Positions 19,081 to 29,272 are shown, counted from the first letter of the stretch. The stretch: 36,265 nt of DNA from Promethearchaeota archaeon (GCA_048940925.1 JBHLOC010000046.1:1-36265); one strand, 5' to 3'. The notes: generated from the sequence alone by a model not told the origin. Made by a program: numbers and translations.

Positions 19081-20481
19081 TTAATGATATTCTATATTGA
19101 CTGTATCTAGTTTTTTAATAGCTATTTTTTTTTGAATCCATAATTCTTTAGCCTTTTTAACCCATTGTTCAAACTTATTTATATCTTTTGGATAATTTTC
19201 ATAGTGCTTTTTAATTTTTCCAGCTAAACTATTAGCTTGTAATAAACGTTTCATATGTTTAAATGATAATTTTCTAAGTATCAATCCCGCTATAATTTTT
19301 AAAATGAATTTTAACATGTCTCCTGGACTCATCTCCTCTTCATATTTTTTATTTGGTTCAGGTATATCATCAACTTCACCATTCTGATAAATTAAACCTT
19401 TCTTTAAAAAGTAATTCCATTCCTTTTCGTTAAAATTTAAAACTCCAGATAATTGAGTAAAAAGACTAGCAAATTTTGCTCCTTGATCTCTGAAATAATT
19501 AACGTTTATATCCCAAAGAACTTCTCTGGTAAGATATCCATTAATTTTAAGAGGTTTTTCTATTACTTCAGATGCTATTATACATAAGACCCAGGTTGCT
19601 GTAACACCATGACCAGAGAAAGGATAAGTTATAGCTGCAGCATCTCCAATACATAAAAATCCATCTGCGACCAGTGAATAAGGTGGTCTTCTATATGGCG
19701 TACTACCTTGTTCTTTTTTTATTATCTCATAAGGTGGAAGATTTGCTCTCCTAAGAAAATCTTCACGAGCATTCTTCGCATTTTCAAATGACCCTGGTTG
19801 ACCTACTCCTAATATTGCTCCTTCTGGATCATAAGATGGTCCAAACCATAATAACCACCAGTTGTGTCCTGTGTCTGTAGGAGGATGAGGCTTATTTGGA
19901 TATTTCCATTTTATATATTCCAAAAGGACATACATTACATCATTTGGACCTAATTTGAAAGTTTCTACGCCATAATCATCTGGTAAGGATGTCCTTATAA
20001 CCGCTGATTTTCCTGAAGCATCAATAATTAATCGAGAACGATACTCTTTTCTATTTCCATCTGATTCTGCGAATAAACCTACAATTTTATTATCTTCAAG
20101 AATAATATCTTTAAATTCAGTTGAAAATTCTAGCTTTACTCCGTCTGATTCTAATACTTTATACATTCTGTTTAAAAATGGTGTTAAACGTACAATTGTC
20201 TGAAATGCTTTGAGCTTTATTTCTGTCTTAAAATCTGGGGTAATAACAGTTGAAATATCTCTAATTTCAATACAGTCTGGAGCCCCAACTTTAAATGGAG
20301 GTATCCCCGCCATTTCAACCCTATCCGTCTCAAAATGAATTACATCTAATCGCTTTCCGACTTCTTCTCTTTTATCTTTTTCAATTAAGATAACTGAAAA
20401 TCCTTTTTTGGCTATTAACCAGCTAATATAAGTGCCCGCAGTTCCAGCACCCACAACAAGTACATCACTCTTTTCTAACAT
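19081..20481 (-). CDS. FAD-dependent oxidoreductase, geranylgeranyl-reductase-like family
   Basis: DVLVVGAGTAG, IIDASG and IGDAA..YPFSGHG. The canonical DGGR PxxYxWxFP motif is not evident. Confidence 0.75.
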   Translation of the reverse strand: MLEKSDVLVVGAGTAGTYISWLIAKKGFSVILIEKDKREEVGKRLDVIHFETDRVEMAGIPPFKVGAPDCIEIRDISTVITPDFKTEIKLKAFQTIVRLTPFLNRMYKVLESDGVKLEFSTEFKDIILEDNKIVGLFAESDGNRKEYRSRLIIDASGKSAVIRTSLPDDYGVETFKLGPNDVMYVLLEYIKWKYPNKPHPPTDTGHNWWLLWFGPSYDPEGAILGVGQPGSFENAKNAREDFLRRANLPPYEIIKKEQGSTPYRRPPYSLVADGFLCIGDAAAITYPFSGHGVTATWVLCIIASEVIEKPLKINGYLTREVLWDINVNYFRDQGAKFASLFTQLSGVLNFNEKEWNYFLKKGLIYQNGEVDDIPEPNKKYEEEMSPGDMLKFILKIIAGLILRKLSFKHMKRLLQANSLAGKIKKHYENYPKDINKFEQWVKKAKELWIQKKIAIKKLDTVNIEYH

Positions 20482-20681
20482 ATTTCTAATACCCTCTTTC
20501 TGTAATTTTTAATATAGATTAATTACTTATTTGAACGCTTCAATTCTCCATAATAAAGATGGTGTTATTCTAGATCCAGCATTTCAAACTATTTTTCAGT
20601 ATTTTCAGCTGAAATACCTTGAATCTTACAAAGAAATTGATATATTAAAAACTAAAATATTTTCAATTTTAATAATTTTTG

Positions 20682-21920
20682 TCATAACGGTCTGGAATCT
20701 TCAATTTTCAATTTTTCATCAGTAGGAAGGATGATTAGTTTAAAACGCCACTGAAGAAAAAGAAGGATAAAAATGATTGATGACAACAGAGGTAATATTT
20801 GAGAGGGTAGATATTCAATTATAGCTCCTCCTAATATTGGTGCTATAATTTGCACAAAACTTGTAAAAGCATTATTTACTCCCAAAAGACTTCCCGTCTC
20901 CTCCCTACTGGCTTTTTGTGTTAATTTGCTTGTTAGAATAGGACGACAAACACCTGTTCCAAATGCTAAAAATGTAAGGGGGACATAAATAAAAATATAA
21001 TTTGTAGAAAACATAAGTAGTATCATCGTGATAATCATGGTTACAACACCAAATCCTAAAGTTGAATTTTCCCCAAATCTTTTTTGGAGAGGAGAGATAA
21101 GGGTGGTTTGAAAAATAACACGAAGAATTCCAATCCATGTCATATATAAACCTACCTCAAAAGCAGATACACCTAATTGTTTCTGTGCAAATAAAGAATA
21201 AGTCGATATAAATAACATGAATCCAAAATTATAAGTTAAAAAAATAAATATCAAATTTCGAATTGTAGAATTTTTAAAAAAGCGTTTTGTTTCATTTATC
21301 GGGATAACATCATTAAATTTAAGCTGTAATTTTTCTACTTTAATCTCTAATGATTCGGGTAGAAAGATCAGTATTAAAATTATTGAGATGAGACTTACAC
21401 CTGCTGCAAAAAACATTGGAATTGAATAGCTGAAAGTAGATAAAGTTCCCCCAATAACTGGTCCAAATATTAATCCTGCACCAAAGACTGCACTTGAATA
21501 TCCATATACTCGTGTTCGATCTTGTGGCTTTGATACATCGCTAATGTATGCTTGACTCACTGTCATATTACTACCTATGAGCCCATCAACTAACCGAGCG
21601 ACAATTAATAACCAAACAACGTCAGCAATTCCAAGAAGTAAAAATCCTATAAAGGTACTAGTTTGGCTAATAATTAAAATAGGTTTTCTTCCAAAGCGAT
21701 CACTCAATTTACCTGTTATTGGGCTTGCAAATAATTGACATATACTAAACATACTCAGAATTAAACCAATTTGTAATGCATTTAATCCTAAGGATAATGC
21801 TAAAAAAGGAATAACAGGCATTACCATACTAAATCCTAATATTTCCGTAAACATAATTATGAAAATTATGATTAGATGTTTATTGAATCTATTTTTCTTA
21901 GTAGGTAATGGCGCTCCCAT
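20682..21920 (-). CDS. MFS drug:H+ antiporter (TetA/DHA1-like)
   Basis: Motif A GKLSDRFGRKP, ARLVDG, AYISD and motif C GLIFGPVIGG; about 12 TM segments. Confidence 0.88.
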   Translation of the reverse strand: MGAPLPTKKNRFNKHLIIIFIIMFTEILGFSMVMPVIPFLALSLGLNALQIGLILSMFSICQLFASPITGKLSDRFGRKPILIISQTSTFIGFLLLGIADVVWLLIVARLVDGLIGSNMTVSQAYISDVSKPQDRTRVYGYSSAVFGAGLIFGPVIGGTLSTFSYSIPMFFAAGVSLISIILILIFLPESLEIKVEKLQLKFNDVIPINETKRFFKNSTIRNLIFIFLTYNFGFMLFISTYSLFAQKQLGVSAFEVGLYMTWIGILRVIFQTTLISPLQKRFGENSTLGFGVVTMIITMILLMFSTNYIFIYVPLTFLAFGTGVCRPILTSKLTQKASREETGSLLGVNNAFTSFVQIIAPILGGAIIEYLPSQILPLLSSIIFILLFLQWRFKLIILPTDEKLKIEDSRPL

Positions 21921-22043
21921 AATTTATCAATATTACATGCTCTTTTAGTAAAAGTATAATTAAATTAATTAAAACCTTTAATAAATAAAATATTAATTCA
22001 AAGAATTCAATAAAAAATTAATTTGAGGAAATACTTTAATTCC

Positions 22044-23309
22044 TTACAATTCAAAAGACCATTCTCCATTTTGCATAATCAATTCGGTGGTTCCATCTTC
22101 CAGTATCCCTTCTACATTCGTATCACTAGAACCAAACATGCAGTCAATGTGAATTATACTGTGATTACCTCCCGCAGCTAAAAATTCCTCATCAGACATA
22201 TTTTCTCCATTTTTAAAGCTAAATTTATAGCCTCTTCCCAACGCAATATGATTTGAAGCATTTTCATCAATAAGAATATTATAAAATAGTAATCCGGATT
22301 GTGAAATCGGAGAGCTATGAGGCACTAATGCAATTTCCCCTAAATATCTGGCACCTTCATCAGTTTCAATTAATTTATTCAATAAATCTTCTCCCTTTTT
22401 AGCAATTGCCTCTACAATCTCTCCATTAGAAAAAGTTAGTTTAAAATCTTCAATAAGACTACCACTAAAGTAGATTGGTTTGGTACCTTTTACCACACCC
22501 TCAGTTTTATCTTTATGTGGTATAGTGAATACTTCTTCAGTAGGAATGTTTGCTGCAAAAGTGATGCCATTTTTGCTGGTCATTGAACCACTTTGCCATA
22601 TATGCATTTTTGGTAAGCCAACGTTTAAATTTGTTCCCTTTGCAGTAAATTTCAATGATATATAATGTTTCTTATTAAGATAATCACTTATCTCAGCAAG
22701 TTGTTTTATATGATTTTGCCAAGCTAAAACAGGATCTTCTTGTTTTATACGACATATCTCAAAGATAGTATCCCAAAATTTGTGTTTTCGCTCTTCTGAG
22801 GGGATATTAGGAAATACTTTATCCACCCATCCATTTAATGGCGCCGTGATTACTGACCAATTCATTGTATTTTGAACCAGTAAATCCATAATTGGTTCTT
22901 CATGTTTAAAGTAAGTTCTTTGAACAGTTGTTAATAAATCAGGATCTGCATCATTAAGTAGATCCGGATCTTCAGCGTAGATAATAAGTATAGCTTCACC
23001 ATTTTTCGCCATATTATATACTAAGTCAGTTCTCCATGTAGCAAATTCTTCAAATGAATCTCGAGGAGCGTATTTATATCGAATTGGTTGCAATTGATTG
23101 TCAACCCACATCACATCAACAAATTTTGATCCTATTTGATAAGCTTTTTTTACAACCAATCTTATTAACGGAGCTAGCTCAATAGGAGCATAAGTCTCGG
23201 CAAATATTGGTGCTCCTATCAATAGACGTTGACCTGGTTGTAAATTAAGTCCTACTTTAACGATAACCTCCGCATATTTATCTAAATTTTTTTCAAACTC
23301 TAATGTCAT
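22044..23309 (-). CDS. Aminopeptidase, peptidase family M29, paralog 2
   Basis: GLNLQPGQ, ANIPTEEVFT, LGEIALV, IDENASNHIALG and HIDCM; colinear with 10100..11362. Confidence 0.93.
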   Translation of the reverse strand: MTLEFEKNLDKYAEVIVKVGLNLQPGQRLLIGAPIFAETYAPIELAPLIRLVVKKAYQIGSKFVDVMWVDNQLQPIRYKYAPRDSFEEFATWRTDLVYNMAKNGEAILIIYAEDPDLLNDADPDLLTTVQRTYFKHEEPIMDLLVQNTMNWSVITAPLNGWVDKVFPNIPSEERKHKFWDTIFEICRIKQEDPVLAWQNHIKQLAEISDYLNKKHYISLKFTAKGTNLNVGLPKMHIWQSGSMTSKNGITFAANIPTEEVFTIPHKDKTEGVVKGTKPIYFSGSLIEDFKLTFSNGEIVEAIAKKGEDLLNKLIETDEGARYLGEIALVPHSSPISQSGLLFYNILIDENASNHIALGRGYKFSFKNGENMSDEEFLAAGGNHSIIHIDCMFGSSDTNVEGILEDGTTELIMQNGEWSFEL

Positions 23310-23521
23310 TTTAGTATCAATTAGAACTTTTTGTTTTTTTTTAATTTTCTTACTCTTTAATTCACAATTTTTTGATTTATAAATTAATCTATTTAAGAAT
23401 TTAAAAACTATTAATTCTAATATTCAATTTTGAATAAACAATTTTGCAAATAATGTATAATATTATTGGAGATAATAAAGAAATCTAATCCAAGCCAAAC
23501 AATTTATAATAATAAAAACAC

Positions 23522-26107
23522 ATGAAAAGTGAAAAATTAACTCTCTATTATCTAGCAAAATACACTAATCATGAACTGCTTATAGATGAGTTAGTTTTAA
23601 CAAGGGGTGAAAATCAATTAGAATCATTAAGTTCAAATAAAGCAAGAAGTAGATCCATAAAAATAAAGATTATTCGCACTAAGATTTTTTATGCAATAAT
23701 ATTTGGAATATTACCAATAACTCCTCTTTTAGGATATTTTCAAATTGCGGATTTACTTCTGCAGGGTGGTATTTCACCAGAAATAATTATTTTTCATGGC
23801 AGTCTCTTTATCAGTTTATTTTTCATACTTCAATTTTTCAATTTTTTTTTAATGGGAATGCTAGAGACTGGTATGATAATGTCAGGAAGAATCTTTGAGT
23901 GGTTCCAAACGTTACCTATTACACGAAAAAAATTACAGAAATTAGTATTTTTAACTATTTTTCGTAGTTTTGATGTACCAATAATAGTAATAATATTTGC
24001 TTTTCCTCTTATAATGTTTATAGGGACTTTAGATCCTGTTCTTTTTTTAATCAGTATTGGAATTTCGGTGATAAATGTAATATTCTCATTTAGTATTATA
24101 ATTTTAACTGGAGCAAGAATGAAACGTATTTTAGATCTTAACGAGATGAACTCTAGGAGATCCTATAAAATTCGATTATTTAATATAATTACTTATATAA
24201 TTATCATTCTTGGAAGCATGTATTTTATTCAATGGACATTTACTTCGATAGATGTCTTTTTTAGAATGTTTTTAGCAATAGGTAATCATTCTACGATAAA
24301 TTTCGCACTCAGCATCATTCCTTATCCATTTAATCCTAGTTATTTTGTTGCTATCTTTATTATTATTGGTAATAGGAATCAAGTTCCTTCAAATTTATGG
24401 ATAAGTACAATTATAGGATTATGCTTTTTTTCTATTATTTCATTCTTTCTTTTTAAAAGGGCTTTATCGACTCTAGAAAAAATTACCTTTTCAAAATTCC
24501 AAAAAGATGACAAGAGTTATAATTTGAGTCAAATTAAAACTTATAAACAGATTAAAATTAAACGGTTATCCCCCTTTAAAGCATTTCTAAGAAAGGATTT
24601 GGTTTTAATTTCTCATGATCTTAAAACATTAATGGCTATAATCACATCTGTTATCCTTTCTTTTGTATTCTTATTTTATTATAATTTACAAAATATTGGA
24701 AGAAATGTTCCCACAGAATTTTTAATTTATACAAATTTAGTAGGTATACTAATATTTAGTCCTGTTCTTTCTGGCATGCTTATATTCAGTTTTTTAAGCT
24801 TGGAGGATTCCGGTCAATCAGTAATCACTTCATTACCAATTGTACCCCAAGATCAGGCAAAATCGAAATTACTTCTTATTTTCATAATTCAAACAATTGC
24901 ATTGGTTTTGCCTCCATTGATGTTTATTCCTGATCAGAAGTTTATACCATTAATGTCCGCAACACTTATAGCATTACCTTTTACATACATGTTTTTGATG
25001 ATTATATTCGAGCTAAAAATACATTTTTTCGGAAAAAAGAAGTACAATTATGTTGTTAATGATGTTGTTCCTAAGAATAAATTATTAAAATGGGTAGGTA
25101 TAATGAGTATCCAATATTGTTTTTGTATTTGGATTGTCTCATTTGTATTAACGTTTTTCATTTATAATAATATTCTCGCTCTGCTTTCTTTTTTGACAAT
25201 GTCGGCAATTGTTGGACTTGCAAGTGTAGGCTGGATTTTTATAAGAATGTTTCCTAAAATTAAGAAGGAGAAAATAGTCAAGGCACCAAGAACAATTTTA
25301 ATAATTCCAAAACCTACATTTTTCTCAAAACATCCGTGGATCTCAATAATATCCTTAATAATTTTGTATTACTATTTTTGGGAGCTACTAATTTCTACTT
25401 TTACCTTCTATGTTTATCAAATTTGGATCCCTTTTTCTAATTATAGAACTTATTATTTAATGTTATTTATACAAATTCTTTTGTCTAACTTCTTTTATAC
25501 TGCCTTATTAATAATAATTGTTCCTCTAATATTAGGACTACCTGACGGGCGCCAACCAGTAAGACAATATATGAAAAGTATTGGATTAAGAGGGATCATT
25601 TCATATCCAAGAATGATATTAGGAAGATTATCGAAAAAAATAGAATTAAAGTATTATAATAATACAACAAGGAGAGCTAAATTAACGGCAAGGAGCGTAT
25701 TAGGTATAATTTTACTCTTTTTAATAATACTACTTATATTTTCGTTTTTAGATTTAGAAATAGTTATGAGATTTCTTTCTAATGCTAGTTTCTTGTTTTG
25801 GCAAGAAGTATTATTCCGAGGAATTATATTATCTATTTTCTTGAACAAATACACAAAAGGTAAAAGTATTGTTTTAAATTCATTGTTATCTCTTGGTGGA
25901 ATTATTTTATATGCTTTTTTATCTTTTTTATTGACTGGATTTTTAATTTTGGATTTATTTATGAATCTATATTTTTTTACCTTTATGATAATAAATAGTT
26001 TAATTAGTGCGTTTTTATATACTAAAAAAAGAAATCTTTTCCTATGTTTTGCTGTGAGTGTAATACTATATTTAGTAATCGTCCCCTACTTTGTCACAAT
26101 GTTTTAA
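23522..26107 (+). CDS. Polytopic membrane protein: ABC-exporter permease-like region fused to a degenerate CPBP (CAAX protease/Abi)-like C-terminal domain
   Basis: Two permease-like halves (FQTLPI..K, AFLRKDL..ISHD, ITSLPI). C-terminal FWQEVLFRGIIL resembles the CPBP EExxFRG motif. Confidence 0.6.
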   Translation: MKSEKLTLYYLAKYTNHELLIDELVLTRGENQLESLSSNKARSRSIKIKIIRTKIFYAIIFGILPITPLLGYFQIADLLLQGGISPEIIIFHGSLFISLFFILQFFNFFLMGMLETGMIMSGRIFEWFQTLPITRKKLQKLVFLTIFRSFDVPIIVIIFAFPLIMFIGTLDPVLFLISIGISVINVIFSFSIIILTGARMKRILDLNEMNSRRSYKIRLFNIITYIIIILGSMYFIQWTFTSIDVFFRMFLAIGNHSTINFALSIIPYPFNPSYFVAIFIIIGNRNQVPSNLWISTIIGLCFFSIISFFLFKRALSTLEKITFSKFQKDDKSYNLSQIKTYKQIKIKRLSPFKAFLRKDLVLISHDLKTLMAIITSVILSFVFLFYYNLQNIGRNVPTEFLIYTNLVGILIFSPVLSGMLIFSFLSLEDSGQSVITSLPIVPQDQAKSKLLLIFIIQTIALVLPPLMFIPDQKFIPLMSATLIALPFTYMFLMIIFELKIHFFGKKKYNYVVNDVVPKNKLLKWVGIMSIQYCFCIWIVSFVLTFFIYNNILALLSFLTMSAIVGLASVGWIFIRMFPKIKKEKIVKAPRTILIIPKPTFFSKHPWISIISLIILYYYFWELLISTFTFYVYQIWIPFSNYRTYYLMLFIQILLSNFFYTALLIIIVPLILGLPDGRQPVRQYMKSIGLRGIISYPRMILGRLSKKIELKYYNNTTRRAKLTARSVLGIILLFLIILLIFSFLDLEIVMRFLSNASFLFWQEVLFRGIILSIFLNKYTKGKSIVLNSLLSLGGIILYAFLSFLLTGFLILDLFMNLYFFTFMIINSLISAFLYTKKRNLFLCFAVSVILYLVIVPYFVTMF

Positions 26108-26238
26108 ATGAAAAACTAAATTATTGTAAGATATTTTAATTTCTCAATATAAGCCATAAGTATTTAGGTAGCTAAAAATCTAATAATTTTAAGAATTAGC
26201 CTAGTAATTTATAGTATAGAAATAATAGGTGATGTTAT

Positions 26239-26913
26239 TTGAAAATAATTGTTTTTGCGCCTCATCCCGATGATGAGAGTTATGGTGCCGGTGGTTCAAT
26301 TATGACATGGCTTGAAGAAGGTCATGATTTACACATTATTTGGTTCACAGATGGTAGAGCCGGATATCGAAAAGCCAGAGAGGAGAACGCATTGGATGAA
26401 TGTAAAGCCACAATGATTTCAGAAGATGAGCTTGCGAGAATCAGATTAGCTGAAGCAGACGCTGCAGGTGAATTTTTAGGAGTTAAAAAAGAAAATAGAC
26501 ATTTTTTAAAATTCTATGATTCAGAGTTACAAAATCATATTGATGAATCTGTAGAAAACATTAAAGATAACGTAAGGGATGCAGATCGATTTGTTATTCC
26601 AAGCGGAAATAATAAACATCTAGATCATCAAGCAACTCATGATATTGCAATCAGAGTAGCTGAAGAACTCAACTTAAATAACCTTGAGTTCTATGTATAT
26701 GCTCTATATAATCCTATTAAAGCTCAAAACGAACATTTAGTTAAAATAAAATTAGGCAACTTGAGATTTAAAGTCTATAAAGCATTAAAACTGCATAAAT
26801 CTCAATTTTATACTAAAGATATGAAATGGCAAACTGAAGCAATGAAAGAAGTACGTAGACAGAGATTTGGAGTGTTTCACTTAGAAGATAAGGGAAAATT
26901 TTATAATTTTTAA
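26239..26913 (+). CDS. PIG-L / LmbE family deacetylase
   Basis: APHPDDE, TDG, R..E..AA..LG and HLDH motifs. TTG start with AGGTGA RBS. Confidence 0.9.
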   Translation: MKIIVFAPHPDDESYGAGGSIMTWLEEGHDLHIIWFTDGRAGYRKAREENALDECKATMISEDELARIRLAEADAAGEFLGVKKENRHFLKFYDSELQNHIDESVENIKDNVRDADRFVIPSGNNKHLDHQATHDIAIRVAEELNLNNLEFYVYALYNPIKAQNEHLVKIKLGNLRFKVYKALKLHKSQFYTKDMKWQTEAMKEVRRQRFGVFHLEDKGKFYNF

Positions 26914-26952
26914 CATTCTTTACTTTATTCATTAAATAATTTGGTGATGAAT

Positions 26953-27843
26953 ATGGAATGGAAAACTAAAATAACGGAAATCTTAAGATGTAAATATCCA
27001 ATTTTTTCAGCAGCTTTTGCGAGATTTGATAATAGCAAGTTAACAGCTGCAGTAAGTGAAGCTGGGGGAGTAGGAATTTTAACAGGATCTTATTTTAAAA
27101 ATGAAGAAAAATTTCGAAATGCCATCTTCAAAATTAAAGATATCACTAAAAATCCTTTTTGTATCAATTTTTCTCCATATAGACCATTAGATTTTCAAAA
27201 GGATCTTGATCAACTGTTTGGAAAATATCTGAATGTCGCTAAAGAGGAAAAGGTAAAAACTATTATAACTGTGGGTCCTCGAGTTGAAGGATTTGGAAAA
27301 AAAATCAAAGAATATGGAATGAACTGGATTCATAAAGTTACTACAATGAGACATGCCCAATTTGGAGAAAAAATGGGCGCAGATGCAATCATTTTGACCA
27401 GTCTTGAAGGAGCGGGTTTCAAAAATCCTAAACAAAATACATTCTTTATTAATATGGTTAATGCAAAAGATAAAATAAATGTCCCAATAATAGCTTCAGG
27501 AGGGATTAGTAATGGTAAAGGTATGTTAATGGCTCTAATCTCTGGAGCGCAAGCAATACACATGTGTACAGCATTTCTAGCCACAGAAGAGAGTACTATT
27601 TCTGATGAGTGGAAACAAAATATACTTGATGCTGATAGTTTTGATCCAAGTCTTATTGAAAATGTATGCCATTTTGAATCTGATCAAATGAAAGCTGTTC
27701 CATTATCCTTAGCGGCAGGTACTATTAATAAGATCATATCCGCAGAACAATTTGTTAATAAAATAGTAGCAGAAGCTGAAGAATTACTTGTAAAAATAGG
27801 TTTTCAGGAAAATTTAATTGATTTTACAAGATTATTATTATAA
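26953..27843 (+). CDS. Nitronate monooxygenase / FabK-like FMN protein, paralog 3 (divergent)
   Basis: WKTKITE, AAVSEAGGVG, PFCINF, GADAI and PIIASGGI. Start is ambiguous among 26941, 26944, 26947 and 26953. Confidence 0.82.
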   Translation: MEWKTKITEILRCKYPIFSAAFARFDNSKLTAAVSEAGGVGILTGSYFKNEEKFRNAIFKIKDITKNPFCINFSPYRPLDFQKDLDQLFGKYLNVAKEEKVKTIITVGPRVEGFGKKIKEYGMNWIHKVTTMRHAQFGEKMGADAIILTSLEGAGFKNPKQNTFFINMVNAKDKINVPIIASGGISNGKGMLMALISGAQAIHMCTAFLATEESTISDEWKQNILDADSFDPSLIENVCHFESDQMKAVPLSLAAGTINKIISAEQFVNKIVAEAEELLVKIGFQENLIDFTRLLL

Positions 27844-27885
27844 AGATATCATTAAAAATAAATTCAAAAACACAAAATCAAAAAG

Positions 27886-28041
27886 CTATTCGGATTTTTT
27901 TATTTCTCTATATTCTTTAGTTATTAAAAATCTTATAATTTCAGTAATATTCTTTATACCGTGATAATCTTTAATAGATTCCAATTTATCGAATACTTCC
28001 TTCTCTATAGCAATATGAAATTCATGTTTTTCATTTTCCAT
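27886..28041 (-). CDS. Ribbon-helix-helix (CopG/Arc/MetJ-like) DNA-binding protein, 51 aa (absent from ORF track)
   Basis: MENEKHEFHIAIEKEVFDKLESIKDYHGIKNITEIIRFLITKEYREIKKSE* shows an alternating beta-strand (EFHIAI), helix A, a Gly turn and helix B (NITEIIRFLI). Confidence 0.75.
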   Translation of the reverse strand: MENEKHEFHIAIEKEVFDKLESIKDYHGIKNITEIIRFLITKEYREIKKSE

Positions 28042-28084
28042 TAGTTGTTTCTTTATATTTTTAAATAATAATTTTTCTATTTCT

Positions 28085-28135
28085 TGGATACTTAATGGAT
28101 AATTTTGGATAAAAAATGGATAATTTTATATATAA
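28085..28135. promoter_or_regulatory. Four phased TGGATA direct repeats next to a TATA-like box; putative operator/promoter of the RHH gene
   Basis: TGGATA at 28085, 28096, 28106 and 28117 (spacing 11/10/11). AATGGATAATTTT occurs twice, 21 bp apart. TTTATATATAA at 28125-28135. Confidence 0.55.
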
Positions 28136-28297
28136 GTTAAAATGTAATAGAAATGGAGTGACTAAATTAGCAGTGATTATTAGAATAAGAAATTAATATC
28201 TTATACGGCATAAAAGAGATTTTAGATTTCCATAATCACTTCAGTATATTTTGAACAAGACAACAAAATCACTTAATAAAATAAGAGTAATCCAAAA

Positions 28298-29272
28298 ATG
28301 ATGCAATTATTATTTGCAATATTAGCTCTTATTAGCGGTATAGTTCTTATTATTTACTCTAGTATGAAGGCTGTAAAACATTCTGCTATTCTTGCTGCTG
28401 CATTGGGAGTATCACCTTTAGTAATTGGGGTAAGTCTTGTTTCAATAGGAACCGATATTTCAGAAATTTTTAATTCCCTTATATCTTGTGCGTTAGGACA
28501 TGCTGATATTGATATTGGTGATTCTGTAGGTTCAGATTTAACACAACTTACCTTAATTTTTGGGTTATTACCCCTAGTAGCGGGGGTATTTTATATTCAC
28601 AGAAAAGATATAATTATTTTAGGAGCATGCGAAATTTTATCTTTAGTTTTAATTTTTACTGTTGTTGAAAAAGGTTATATAACTAGATTCAATGGTATTA
28701 TATTAGTTGGATGCTTAGGAATTTATATTTGGTTAATATATAATGCCAATAAGGAGAGTATTTTACAAAGAGTGGAAATGATTGAAAAAATAAAAGCACC
28801 AAAAAGTAAAAAGTTTCACCTCTTAATAGCAGTAATAGGATTTGGAGGAGTAACTTTAGCAGCTTTTCTCATTGTTGAATCTGTGATATTTATTTCAAGT
28901 CTCTTAAACATTCATGAATACATTATTAGCTTTTTTATTGTAGCGGTAGGCACTTCTCTTCCAGAATTGGTTGTTGATATTAATGCTTTAAAATTAGGGC
29001 ATCATCAAATTGCTATTGGAGATATTGTAGGTTCATGCATAGTGGATTCAACACTTTCTATTGGAATAGGACAAGTTGTTTTTAATCGTAATCCAAATTA
29101 TATTACAGCAGCTCTTGCGGTTCCCACCGTTTTATATACTTTATTTGCTAGTTTTATAGTTTTTATTACAATCGCAGCAAGGAAAAAAATTGATAAAAAA
29201 GCAGGAATTATGTTTATTACACTTTATTTTATATCTTACATATTTCTTTTTACATTTTGGATCCGTATATGA
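28298..29272 (+). CDS. Cation:Ca2+ antiporter (CaCA, YrbG/NCX_Mj-like)
   Basis: Two alpha repeats, GTDISE..GDSVGSD and GTSLPE..GDIVGSCIVD; about 10 TM segments. Confidence 0.88.
   Translation: MMQLLFAILALISGIVLIIYSSMKAVKHSAILAAALGVSPLVIGVSLVSIGTDISEIFNSLISCALGHADIDIGDSVGSDLTQLTLIFGLLPLVAGVFYIHRKDIIILGACEILSLVLIFTVVEKGYITRFNGIILVGCLGIYIWLIYNANKESILQRVEMIEKIKAPKSKKFHLLIAVIGFGGVTLAAFLIVESVIFISSLLNIHEYIISFFIVAVGTSLPELVVDINALKLGHHQIAIGDIVGSCIVDSTLSIGIGQVVFNRNPNYITAALAVPTVLYTLFASFIVFITIAARKKIDKKAGIMFITLYFISYIFLFTFWIRI

Noticed and set aside
28085-28122. TGGATA repeats as a CRISPR array
   Set aside because: Units are 6 bp with 4-5 nt gaps, and no cas genes are present.
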